Below, piece after piece: positions 26,020-34,145 of a stretch of DNA of 64,000 nucleotides. A program made the position numbers and the translations under genes. Below the pieces are notes generated by a model. It was given only the letters and a program-made list of their open reading frames with translations, searched no databases and was not told the origin of the DNA. Position 1 is the first letter of the stretch. Each line of letters starts with the position of its first letter. Source of the DNA: Escherichia phage allfine; the sequence record MN850633.1; one strand, written 5' to 3'.

Positions 26020-26090
26020 TTTAGAATCTCCAGTTTAGGACTTTACTTAGTGGGGAAGGTCATTCCCTCCCCGTTGATGTGTAATTTAAT
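26020..26090 (-). repeat. intergenic cassette type A
   Basis: Conserved RBS block and hairpin. Confidence 0.7.
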
Positions 26091-26119
26091 CTATCTAAAA
26101 ACCGGTGTCAACAAAATTT

Positions 26120-26524
26120 TTAGAGTTCTGCATAAATTGCATCACAGACATCACGAAAATCGTGATTTGTCAAATTACGTTGTAACCAAGTGGCAAAGAA
26201 ATCAGCGATTGCAAAATTAGCGTCATACTCGACGGATAGCCATACTTTAACAGCAAATCGAAACATTTTTAAATCAAGCTCTTTATTCATTATCTTTGAT
26301 TTGCCTAACATGTCAGCCATTTCATATTGTGCGCCGTCTAGCGTGATACCTGATGCAACGTCAGCCAATGATTTTTTTACGTTTTCAACGTCTAAGATAA
26401 CGCTTTGAATCTTCCCGATAATGTTGTGCAATGTCTCATCAGGCGCTGATGACGTGATAACATTAATCCGGTTAACGGTCAAACGTGCTTTTAAGATTGA
26501 TAATTCACGGTTATTAATAGCCAT
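26120..26524 (-). CDS. hypothetical protein (134 aa), array gene 9
   Basis: ORF preceded by type B cassette. Confidence 0.55.
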   Translation of the reverse strand: MAINNRELSILKARLTVNRINVITSSAPDETLHNIIGKIQSVILDVENVKKSLADVASGITLDGAQYEMADMLGKSKIMNKELDLKMFRFAVKVWLSVEYDANFAIADFFATWLQRNLTNHDFRDVCDAIYAEL

Positions 26525-26610
26525 TTTTAAGTTCTCCAGTTTAGGATTTAGTGGTAAAGCTCTTTATCTGGGGCTTACTTTATCGAACTATAAGCCCCCT
26601 GTAAAGTACT
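26525..26610 (-). repeat. intergenic cassette type B
   Basis: Conserved RBS block and hairpin. Confidence 0.7.
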
Positions 26611-26883
26611 TTACACTAAATGCAGCTTTTTACCTTTTACTATGATGTAACTCGATGCGCTATTGCTTTGCACATCCTGATAAATTCTGCGCAAACGGCC
26701 TTCGTAGTATACTTTCCAACTGGTTGGAATCTTTTTCCCGTATCCTGTAGCAGTTTTTTGTAGTCCTGCAAGTTGCCAATCTAAGATATGTTGTTCGGCT
26801 TGTAAATCTTCGAAGTGCATTACACCGTTCACATAGTGACGAATGGTTACGTTTAAGGTGCGACCGTTGTTAGTAGTGTACAT
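26611..26883 (-). CDS. hypothetical protein (90 aa), array gene 8
   Basis: ORF preceded by type A cassette. Confidence 0.55.
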   Translation of the reverse strand: MYTTNNGRTLNVTIRHYVNGVMHFEDLQAEQHILDWQLAGLQKTATGYGKKIPTSWKVYYEGRLRRIYQDVQSNSASSYIIVKGKKLHLV

Positions 26884-26960
26884 TTTGAATCTCCTAGTTT
26901 AAGGACTTTACTTAGTGGGGAGGTTATTACCTCCCGTTGATTAGTAATTTACTTGTTTTA
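26884..26960 (-). repeat. intergenic cassette type A variant
   Basis: CATTTTGAATCTCCTAGTTTAAGG...GGGGAGGTTATTACCTCCC. Confidence 0.65.
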
Positions 26961-26970
26961 AAAACCAAAA

Positions 26971-27303
26971 TCAAGAGGAATTTTTTCGTTTGCTCAATTC
27001 TTGAACAATTACAGCGTAGTAGTCTTTTAAGTCACTGACATTTAAAGCATTTATCAGAGAATTATAATCATCGACTAACTGAAAATCATCTTTGAAAATG
27101 TCGCTGATTTGATAAGTTTTTGATTGAAATCTGAAGCTCATTTCTAACCGTTTTATTTGTTCATCACTTAAACGCTCCAGAAAGCTCATTACAAGGCTAT
27201 TATTGACCTGTTGCGTGATTGCCTTATTTGCTAGATTATAGGCTTTATATGCCTTATATAGCGCGAAAATGGCAAGGATTGCGGTGATGCCAGTCATTAA
27301 CAT
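26971..27303 (-). CDS. hypothetical membrane-anchored protein (110 aa), array gene 7
   Basis: N-terminal TM helix MLMTGITAILAIFALYKAY. Confidence 0.5.
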   Translation of the reverse strand: MLMTGITAILAIFALYKAYKAYNLANKAITQQVNNSLVMSFLERLSDEQIKRLEMSFRFQSKTYQISDIFKDDFQLVDDYNSLINALNVSDLKDYYAVIVQELSKRKNSS

Positions 27304-27593
27304 GGTGTTTCCTCTTTACGTGATACTTTGCCATTTACAGTTATCTCATAGGATTCTAATAAGTCACTTTTAGACTTTACTGGACTTTTAAAAGTATCAT
27401 CATAAATATTTACTTGCAATACAGGTTTTTTATACTCCCTGCAACTATTCCATAAGCAAATCACTACGCGACGGCCTTTTATTTTGCCGTGCAACCATTC
27501 CATAACATCATGATTATTTCTTGATGTCTCGATAAAATCAATTTTGTTGAGTAATTTGCTCAGATTTTCACGCACTTGATTTGATAATTTCAT
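27297..27593 (-). CDS. hypothetical protein (98 aa), array gene 6
   Basis: ORF preceded by type B cassette; overlaps downstream gene start by 7 nt. Confidence 0.55.
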   Translation of the reverse strand: MKLSNQVRENLSKLLNKIDFIETSRNNHDVMEWLHGKIKGRRVVICLWNSCREYKKPVLQVNIYDDTFKSPVKSKSDLLESYEITVNGKVSRKEETPC

Positions 27594-27685
27594 TTTAGAA
27601 TCTCCTAGTTTAAGGGCTTTATTTGATAAATCTCTTTATCTGGGGCTATCTTACCAGCTTGATAACCCCGTGTAAAGAAATCTAT
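27594..27685 (-). repeat. intergenic cassette type B variant
   Basis: Conserved RBS block; hairpin GGGGCTATCTTACCAGCTTGATAACCCC. Confidence 0.6.
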
Positions 27686-28198
27686 TTAGTTCTTAAAGAT
27701 ATTCATCACTGAGTCTTTCAACGATTCCAAACGTTCTAATACTTCAGTTTCTGCGTCTGAATTGTTCACCTCTTCTTTTAGTCTATCTTCTAAATCCTCA
27801 CCGTCACTATAGCACCAATCGAAAGCGTAACCAATATAAAAGCTGTCTAAAACCGTTTTACCGTTTGCATCTACAACTTTCGCGGCAATGTTATACTCTG
27901 AAGCTTCTAAATCTCTTTCTAGTTCTTTTTGTAAGCTGATGTAAGCCTCTTTTGATGGATTTTCCCGGCCTTGTTTTGCATAGTCACTTGAAAGCTGTTT
28001 AAGGCTGTAATGCAAAGGGATTGCATATTTAAATGCATTATGCTGATAGTTAGGATTTTTAACAGTCACGCCGCCTTGATGGTCATCTGTAAACTTCCAA
28101 TTATCAAGGTTATGGCTTGCTTCGTAGCAATTTACCGCTTCATAGATAATGGTGAATTTTTCTTTTACAACTTCAAAAGTAGCGTCTACAGTTTTCAT
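27686..28198 (-). CDS. hypothetical acidic protein (170 aa), array gene 5
   Basis: ORF preceded by type B cassette. Confidence 0.55.
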   Translation of the reverse strand: MKTVDATFEVVKEKFTIIYEAVNCYEASHNLDNWKFTDDHQGGVTVKNPNYQHNAFKYAIPLHYSLKQLSSDYAKQGRENPSKEAYISLQKELERDLEASEYNIAAKVVDANGKTVLDSFYIGYAFDWCYSDGEDLEDRLKEEVNNSDAETEVLERLESLKDSVMNIFKN

Positions 28199-28286
28199 TT
28201 TTGAATCTCCAGTTTAGGATTTAGTGGTAAAGCTCTTTATCTGGGGCTTAAGATATCAACTTTTAAGCCCCTTGTAAAGTACTTTA
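28199..28286 (-). repeat. intergenic cassette type B
   Basis: Conserved RBS block and hairpin. Confidence 0.7.
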
Positions 28287-28544
28287 TCAGATTAAATTGC
28301 CAGTTAATGATAAGTGCATTTTATAGCCTTTTTTGGTAAAGACGTTCACTTTACCGAGTGATTTTACACCTTTAAAAAGGTTGTTTGAACTGCGTTTTAA
28401 GGTTAGTTGTTTATCAGCCTTTACTCCCCATCTTACAGCGGATTGTTTTCCGTTGTCAACCACTTTCCCGCATAACTTTTTAGCCATAACGCGAGCGTCA
28501 TCACGAGTTTTTGCAGCAATTACAACGTTTTTGATAATAGCCAT
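28287..28544 (-). CDS. hypothetical basic protein (85 aa), array gene 4
   Basis: Start placed at Met 6 of track ORF because conserved cassette RBS is positioned for ATG at 28544. Confidence 0.5.
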   Translation of the reverse strand: MAIIKNVVIAAKTRDDARVMAKKLCGKVVDNGKQSAVRWGVKADKQLTLKRSSNNLFKGVKSLGKVNVFTKKGYKMHLSLTGNLI

Positions 28545-28633
28545 TTTTAAGTTCTCCAATTTAGGATTTAGTGGTAAAGCTCTTTATCTGGGGCTTACTT
28601 TATCGAACTATAAGCCCCTTGTAAAGTACTTTA
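28545..28633 (-). repeat. intergenic cassette type B
   Basis: Conserved RBS block and hairpin. Confidence 0.7.
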
Positions 28634-29014
28634 TCAGTTAATTTTGAAAATTGTCACATAGCCGTCACTGCCGATTATTTGAGACACTCCAGCTTTTTCC
28701 ACTGAATAGCCCATATTTTCAAGATGATAAACAGCATCATCATAACCATATGCGCCACCCTGATAACGTCTCTTATCGCATCTTATCAGGTTTTTACCAC
28801 GTCCTGCAAGTGCATTCAGTACAGCTTTTTCACTTGATAGCGTACCATCTAACATGGTTGCCGTGTAATGGTTGATTTTATTCCCGTTAATATCATACTT
28901 AAAATTGAATGCGTGAATAACAATCAATTTGCCGTTAAATTTTTCATCAAGTGACTTCTCCAGTGCGTTGCGGAAGTTGTCTTTGTTGATGAATTTCGGT
29001 GCACGATAAGCCAT
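28634..29014 (-). CDS. hypothetical protein (126 aa), array gene 3
   Basis: ORF preceded by type B cassette. Confidence 0.55.
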   Translation of the reverse strand: MAYRAPKFINKDNFRNALEKSLDEKFNGKLIVIHAFNFKYDINGNKINHYTATMLDGTLSSEKAVLNALAGRGKNLIRCDKRRYQGGAYGYDDAVYHLENMGYSVEKAGVSQIIGSDGYVTIFKIN

Positions 29015-29102
29015 TTTTGAATCTCCTAGTTTAAGGTTAATGTAGTAAAGCTCTTTATCTGGGGCTTACTTTATCGAACTATAAGCCCCTTGTAAAGTAC
29101 TT
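29015..29102 (-). repeat. intergenic cassette type B
   Basis: Conserved RBS block and hairpin. Confidence 0.7.
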
Positions 29103-29309
29103 TTATCTATCGTAATAGTAAACCGCTGTCTGTTTTATATGTCGCTTTGTATTCTTCGTAAGGTAGCAATTAGAGTTGATTGCCGTTTCTACATAGTTGC
29201 AATAATCAGCTTCTGATATTCTACGCCATGCGCCGCACACTTGCATGTAAAAACGTTTTACCTTTGTATTAACGTTGGTTGTAACCATCAATTCACGGCT
29301 GTAAATCAT
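29103..29309 (-). CDS. hypothetical protein (68 aa), array gene 2
   Basis: Start taken at ATG overlapping upstream stop (TAATG) rather than track start 29324. Confidence 0.45.
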   Translation of the reverse strand: MIYSRELMVTTNVNTKVKRFYMQVCGAWRRISEADYCNYVETAINSNCYLTKNTKRHIKQTAVYYYDR

Positions 29310-29497
29310 TATTTCGCGCTCCATTTCTCAAAGAGTTCAGCAGGGAAACGTTCGCTATAACCTTTTAAGGAAAAAGTGTTATCTTTGTGGATAGCTTCCA
29401 CCTGATAAACCTTATAAGAACGTATAGTTAGCATTTTGTAAGAGTATTCGTGCTTAATGTTAACCTCATCGCCAACTTTAATTTTTCTTGATGCCAT
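29309..29497 (-). CDS. hypothetical protein (62 aa), array gene 1
   Basis: First ORF of array, preceded by GGAGAATCTAAGAAATG RBS and candidate promoter. Confidence 0.5.
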   Translation of the reverse strand: MASRKIKVGDEVNIKHEYSYKMLTIRSYKVYQVEAIHKDNTFSLKGYSERFPAELFEKWSAK

Positions 29498-29548
29498 TTC
29501 TTAGATTCTCCAGTTTAGGAAGTGGGCTTGATTGCCCGTCTGATGCAG

Positions 29549-29577
29549 ATATTAGATAACCATACTCAAAGAGTCAA
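29549..29577 (-). promoter_or_regulatory. sigma70-like promoter TTGACT-N17-TAATAT driving small-ORF array
   Basis: Minus strand reads TATTGACTctttgagtatggttatcTAATAT, about 45 nt upstream of first array ATG; same -10 as tRNA-array promoter. Confidence 0.5.
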
Positions 29578-29754
29578 TAGGAATTTTAAAAATATTTTTT
29601 TTTGCAAAGATTGTAATGAAACGGGTGCGCGCGACTACCATAAAACAGAACTACAATCAAGAATTATTTTTCAATCCGCTACAAATTTTTCTGTTGACTT
29701 TTATTTCCAGATGTGGTAGCCTTGTGAGAAATGGCGACATCCCTACCTGCACCC

Positions 29755-29945
29755 ACCTACCTGCACAATTCTAAAATGATTTTTCTTGCCCGACCTGATT
29801 TTTCTCTGCACGTTTTGAAAATGAAAAAGCTCTTTGGAGATTACCTGCACAGTTTGAAAATGAATTTTCCCTTTGGAGTTCAAAATTTTCTCTACAGATT
29901 TCTCTACAGAACTCTACCTGCACAATCCTGAAATGAAAAAGCCCC
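29755..29945. repeat. four direct repeats CTGCACA(A/G)T(T/C)(C/T)TGAAAATGA in non-coding leader region
   Basis: Copies at about 29762, 29806, 29852, 29922; region 29498-30009 has no convincing ORF. Confidence 0.6.
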
Positions 29946-30009
29946 CCTTACCTGAAAAATTTACCAGATAAGAAAGGCTTAGTCTATTGTGAATACTATA
30001 CAGAATTTC

Positions 30010-30795
30010 TTAGTTCTTTGCGTCTAAGAAGGTTACTTCCGGTGAAGAGAAAACCGTCTCGATATCCTCATCATTTCTTGCATAGATGTAAGCATCTGCA
30101 TCACTGCCAAATGTTACTGCAATTCTGTGATTGCTCTTCGACAGGTGGGTAACTAGAGCGTTACTTAGAGACATCTTCTCAACCGGAGGGTTACTTTGAT
30201 GTATCTTACCTTTTCTTCGTCTGAAGAGGGTAACTGTATCATCTGTGAACATTACTACACCTGCAAAGTATTCTGGTTCACAGTAGTTATTCCAACCTGA
30301 GCGTAACTTGTGGTACATCTCTCCTTCGTAGACATACAGATAAACATCTACACTCTTCATCACCTGATTAATGATAACTGTGACGGCTTGAGGGTCTAGC
30401 CCACCGATACCTGCACCAATCATAGGTAGACCAACTTTCTTCAACTGATTGACTTCACAGTATCTGTTAAGCTGTTTCAAAGATGATTCTAAAGCACTGT
30501 ATCGGGCATCTTTACCAGTCTTAAGCTGAGTGTAAAGGTTAGCTATTCGACCTTGTTTTAAACGTGCTACAGAGAAATTACCCAGTAAATTTTCACAGGG
30601 TTTGTGTCCTATACCACCTGCATATAGATAAACTTCTGTATCGGTCTCATATGCTTTTGGGTAAAGTTTAGAAATCTTGTCAGCGATACCTGCACCCATT
30701 AAATTCATACAGTTGCAACCGTGACCGATGATGTCAAACTTACCTTTATCAAATGCGGCAAAGATATCACCATTGATTATTTTTACAATACCCAT
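30010..30795 (-). CDS. macro-domain protein (ADP-ribose binding/hydrolase family) with about 100-aa C-terminal extension (261 aa)
   Basis: Macro-domain signatures IINGDIF...DIIGHGCNCMNLMGAGIA and VGLPMIGAGIGGLDPQAV. Confidence 0.7.
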   Translation of the reverse strand: MGIVKIINGDIFAAFDKGKFDIIGHGCNCMNLMGAGIADKISKLYPKAYETDTEVYLYAGGIGHKPCENLLGNFSVARLKQGRIANLYTQLKTGKDARYSALESSLKQLNRYCEVNQLKKVGLPMIGAGIGGLDPQAVTVIINQVMKSVDVYLYVYEGEMYHKLRSGWNNYCEPEYFAGVVMFTDDTVTLFRRRKGKIHQSNPPVEKMSLSNALVTHLSKSNHRIAVTFGSDADAYIYARNDEDIETVFSSPEVTFLDAKN

Positions 30796-30996
30796 TTAAC
30801 ATCTCTCCCAAGATTCTTTATCTTCTGAAGGTTTTACACGTTGTCCTTCGTGGTCTACCCAGATACATCCACAACCTTCACAGATTACTGGCATTGCATA
30901 GCCAGCTTTAAAGTCATCTTCAGTGATAAGACCTTTTAAGTCACCTGTATCACGTCCGAACATTTCGATAGAACAGTCTTTGCAGAAGTCAGCCAT
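30796..30996 (-). CDS. small Cys-rich zinc-ribbon-like protein (66 aa)
   Basis: CKDC ... CEGCGC pattern; start placed at internal Met MADFCKDC; stop/start coupling with macro-domain gene. Confidence 0.45.
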   Translation of the reverse strand: MADFCKDCSIEMFGRDTGDLKGLITEDDFKAGYAMPVICEGCGCIWVDHEGQRVKPSEDKESWERC

Positions 30997-31216
30997 GAAT
31001 AATTGCCTCTTGAATGATGATGCCTTTACCACAACGACTTTTAAAGTCTTCCAACGGTTGGGAGATGAAGCCGCGCAAGCAATCACTAAATACTAAGTTT
31101 TTCCTGTAAGCTATCACAAAGTTTGTTGTAAACGGGATGACTTCATTTCTTCCAATGAATACTGCTGACCGGATGAGTTTCCGTGTCTTTTTATCTCTGG
31201 CTAGAATTACTCTCAT
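30989..31216 (-). CDS. hypothetical protein (75 aa)
   Basis: ORF in operon-like run. Confidence 0.4.
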   Translation of the reverse strand: MRVILARDKKTRKLIRSAVFIGRNEVIPFTTNFVIAYRKNLVFSDCLRGFISQPLEDFKSRCGKGIIIQEAIIHG

Positions 31217-31517
31217 AATTTACCTTCTCAGTTAGCTCATATAAATCAACATGCTCAATACTATCAATGTTGATATCAATCTTTTTGAAACGTTCCATCA
31301 CTTCATTGTCAGTCATCCATATCAGACACCAATGATTGTGGATGGATTCTTCAAGAAGGTCAACACAATCTTTAAAAGTTTTTGTATCACTTCTTGTTCC
31401 TACTACTGCGATTGTTCCATATAGCCACTTACCATTGCCATAGGTTACCTGTGCTACACCAACTTCTTTATTGTTATCATAGTAAACGGCTACAAAGTCT
31501 CTTCCATTAATCTGCAT
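31191..31517 (-). CDS. hypothetical protein (108 aa)
   Basis: ORF in operon-like run. Confidence 0.5.
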   Translation of the reverse strand: MQINGRDFVAVYYDNNKEVGVAQVTYGNGKWLYGTIAVVGTRSDTKTFKDCVDLLEESIHNHWCLIWMTDNEVMERFKKIDINIDSIEHVDLYELTEKVNYESNSSQR

Positions 31518-31519
31518 AG

Positions 31520-31789
31520 CTACTTCCTCGTTTTAAGAACTGCTAAGATTTCTTTAGAATCTGGTAAGAACCATGTGTAGTGATTCTCTTTGATTTCTGG
31601 ATGAGTGTCAACCTTTATTTTGCACTCTTTGCCAACATGCTTAAGTTGTGCTGTGACACCTTGCATAAAGATATGACACATCACGTTATCCATAATGGTT
31701 GGTGAGAAATCAATTCGCATATAAGTCTCTTTTGGTCGTGGTAGCAGTAAGTACCCTTCTACGTAAAAAGTATCTTGATTCTCTGTCAT
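31520..31789 (-). CDS. hypothetical protein (89 aa)
   Basis: ORF in operon-like run. Confidence 0.5.
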   Translation of the reverse strand: MTENQDTFYVEGYLLLPRPKETYMRIDFSPTIMDNVMCHIFMQGVTAQLKHVGKECKIKVDTHPEIKENHYTWFLPDSKEILAVLKTRK

Positions 31790-32055
31790 TGCTGCTTATT
31801 CCCTAATAAAATCATGTCAATAAGGTTATTAGCTTTGATTGTACACTGGTAAAATCCGTCACGGTAGAACTCAAGTGCTGCTGCTACATCACTACCTGTG
31901 TTGCCTTTGATGATATACCGTGATTCTTCTTGAGTGTACTTATCACTCTCACTTACTTGGGAGTTTTTGAATGTACTGCTCACTTTGTTCGTTGAACACC
32001 CTGACATAATTATCAGTAACACAAACATTATAAAACTCTGGCTTAGTCTTTTCAT
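31786..32055 (-). CDS. lipoprotein, o-spanin-like (89 aa)
   Basis: Signal peptide with lipobox IMSGC; start embedded in 3-prime end of upstream membrane-anchored gene in another frame (Rz/Rz1-like overlap). Confidence 0.5.
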   Translation of the reverse strand: MKRLSQSFIMFVLLIIMSGCSTNKVSSTFKNSQVSESDKYTQEESRYIIKGNTGSDVAAALEFYRDGFYQCTIKANNLIDMILLGNKQQ

Positions 32056-32296
32056 ACGTTAGTACCTCTTTTGTATGCTTATTCTTAGCAAGCACATCTT
32101 TCAAATCATTTTTGTAATTGGTGCTCAGTGTGGCTAAACCTTCCTGATAAGCATCTTTGGCAACACTTATTAGTTTCTCATTATTTAGCTCAGTTTCAGC
32201 AACTTGATAGTCTCTGTAAGAGTATCCTCCCCAGACACCTGCACCAACTAAGAAAACAATTATGAAAGTAGCTTGACAGAACTCTTTAAATGTCAT
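31949..32296 (-). CDS. type II membrane protein, i-spanin-like (115 aa)
   Basis: N-terminal TM helix FIIVFLVGAGVWGGY followed by helical periplasmic domain; overlaps lipoprotein gene. Confidence 0.5.
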   Translation of the reverse strand: MTFKEFCQATFIIVFLVGAGVWGGYSYRDYQVAETELNNEKLISVAKDAYQEGLATLSTNYKNDLKDVLAKNKHTKEVLTYEKTKPEFYNVCVTDNYVRVFNEQSEQYIQKLPSK

Positions 32297-32315
32297 TTAA
32301 CAATCTCCTAAAATG

Positions 32316-32336
32316 AAAAAGGCTCCCGAAGGAGCC
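32316..32336 (-). terminator. rho-independent terminator
   Basis: Minus strand GGCUCCUUCGGGAGCC hairpin plus UUUUU after stop at 32349. Confidence 0.75.
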
Positions 32337-32348
32337 TGTATCTTAACC

Positions 32349-32813
32349 TTAACCGAGGACTTTAGCAAGGATATTCGCAGCCATCGAAGAAGCTTTTGCA
32401 GCAGCAACTACGCCAGCTTTGACAGTGCTATCCTTAATAGCAGATACCGTTGCAGCATCAGTAAAGAGATAAGTGATTGTTTTAGAACCACTTGTAAAGG
32501 AAAGCATAAGAGTAGTTTCCAGATTGAAAGAGCGATACGGAGCACCTTCTTTAACGATACCTTCAGCACCTAACTCTGAAGCCTTGCCCATATCATAGAT
32601 AGTCATCAGGTTTTCTTTGTGTGCAGTCGTTGAACCAGCACCTTTGACGTGTTTCTTAACATTTAAAAGAGCACGATACTCCCGAATGTTACCGTCTGCT
32701 TTTACATTGACAGCACGGAAGATTTTACCCTCAAAGTTGCTCTTGATAATGTTACGAACTACTTCAGATTTGTTTGCTGTAACGTCCAGTGCTACCGTGA
32801 TAATGTTGTTCAT
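32349..32813 (-). CDS. hypothetical protein (154 aa)
   Basis: ORF followed by strong terminator; Ala/Val-rich C-terminus. Confidence 0.5.
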   Translation of the reverse strand: MNNIITVALDVTANKSEVVRNIIKSNFEGKIFRAVNVKADGNIREYRALLNVKKHVKGAGSTTAHKENLMTIYDMGKASELGAEGIVKEGAPYRSFNLETTLMLSFTSGSKTITYLFTDAATVSAIKDSTVKAGVVAAAKASSMAANILAKVLG

Positions 32814-32823
32814 AAGTTTTCTC

Positions 32824-33519
32824 TCAATGTTTAACTAACATGGTTTTGATGTGTGGAAGGATTCTATTCACCTTCTGCACATTCTTCTCTGTATCTTCTA
32901 TAAAACATACTATATTAAAGTAAGGCAGAATGCAAGACTGAATCATCCTCACTTTCAAACTTTCTGCACTTATAGAGTTAGTCCCAAAACCACGCATAAA
33001 AAGCATGTAGTCATGCTCTGTGTTATGCCTTAAAAACATCTCAGTAGGTATTCTCTGAGATTCGCCTCTCGCTGTCAAGAGTCCAACGGCAGCATGATTA
33101 GCAATTGCATCAATGATATTGAAAACATACGTTGGTTTTGCTCTTACAGAGTCAAGAAGATTAGTGTACTGTGAAAATGAACCATCAGTCAGTTCCGTTG
33201 AACAATCTTCGTGATTAAAATTTGTAAGAACACCATCAATATCTGCTAAGATGAGATTCCCTTTTTCTATAAGGTCTTTATTGACTATGACTAAACTATC
33301 ACGTTTTACACCTATGGATTGTCCAGTCTTTTTGTCCACAACGTTCACAATTGGTTCTGACGTGTGGAACTCTTCAAGTGAACATACAACTTCTCTTGCG
33401 GTGTCTTCAAAGTCTCTACACTGTTCTGGAGTCCATACACAGGAATCAAGACCTAACTCATGAGGATGTAAGTCATAAGCATGACACAGTACTTCATCAG
33501 ACTTTTTTAATTTTTTCAT
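32824..33519 (-). CDS. HAD-superfamily hydrolase, possible 5-prime nucleotidase (231 aa)
   Basis: HAD motif I LADIDGVLTNF in central region. Confidence 0.5.
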   Translation of the reverse strand: MKKLKKSDEVLCHAYDLHPHELGLDSCVWTPEQCRDFEDTAREVVCSLEEFHTSEPIVNVVDKKTGQSIGVKRDSLVIVNKDLIEKGNLILADIDGVLTNFNHEDCSTELTDGSFSQYTNLLDSVRAKPTYVFNIIDAIANHAAVGLLTARGESQRIPTEMFLRHNTEHDYMLFMRGFGTNSISAESLKVRMIQSCILPYFNIVCFIEDTEKNVQKVNRILPHIKTMLVKH

Positions 33520-34045
33520 GGTTTACCTTAGAAATGTTTGTTGCAAATTCACATTGAGCAATAACTTTCATGTTGTTATAGACATCTTGAGAATATTTCT
33601 TAGCTTTAGGGATTTTGTACGAATACCCAGCATTATATGATGCTAAAACTTTTTGTAAAGTCTTCTTTGACTTTGGCTGACCATGCACCTTTGTCCAAAA
33701 CTCAAGCTCTTTGTGAGTTTCCTTCGCAGCATAATCAAAGTCTCTTAAGAGTTTCTTTTTAGCCACATTAGGACTAATTTTGTTACGCTTTACAACAGTC
33801 TTCAAGTGATTCTGGAAGATACCATAATCATGTGTCTTTTTATTCTCTACCTTCAGACCTAACTCTGACTCTTGTAAGGCTATAGCAGCTAGAGTGATAC
33901 CCCAACCTTTACCCATGTTATTCTCACCATACTGGTAAGCTTTTAACATGTTTACTTTTTGGCTAATTGATAGCTCTGGGCAGTCAACTGCATAAGATAA
34001 GTGTGCTGTAAACATTAAGCACAAACCTAGAATCAATTTCTTCAT
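33497..34045 (-). CDS. secreted lytic transglycosylase-like protein (182 aa)
   Basis: N-terminal signal peptide MKKLILGLCLMFTAHLSYA; QESELG ... YGIFQ resembles SLT catalytic ES and GLMQ motifs. Confidence 0.45.
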   Translation of the reverse strand: MKKLILGLCLMFTAHLSYAVDCPELSISQKVNMLKAYQYGENNMGKGWGITLAAIALQESELGLKVENKKTHDYGIFQNHLKTVVKRNKISPNVAKKKLLRDFDYAAKETHKELEFWTKVHGQPKSKKTLQKVLASYNAGYSYKIPKAKKYSQDVYNNMKVIAQCEFATNISKVNHEKIKKV

Positions 34046-34103
34046 TGGTTCTCCTGTTTAGTTTATCGTGACAACAATTATACAGCACTCTGCACAAAAT
34101 ACA

Positions 34104-34128
34104 AATAAAAAAGGCCGCCGAAGCAGCC
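34104..34128 (-). terminator. rho-independent terminator
   Basis: Minus strand GGCUGCUUCGGCGGCC hairpin followed by UUUUUUUAUUU after stop at 34146. Confidence 0.6.
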
Positions 34129-34145
34129 TTTTAAGAAATTACTTA

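Noticed and set aside
29731-29931. 66-aa plus-strand ORF in array leader
   Set aside because: Lies entirely within DNA-level direct repeats, antisense to the array, no RBS; repeats explain the open frame
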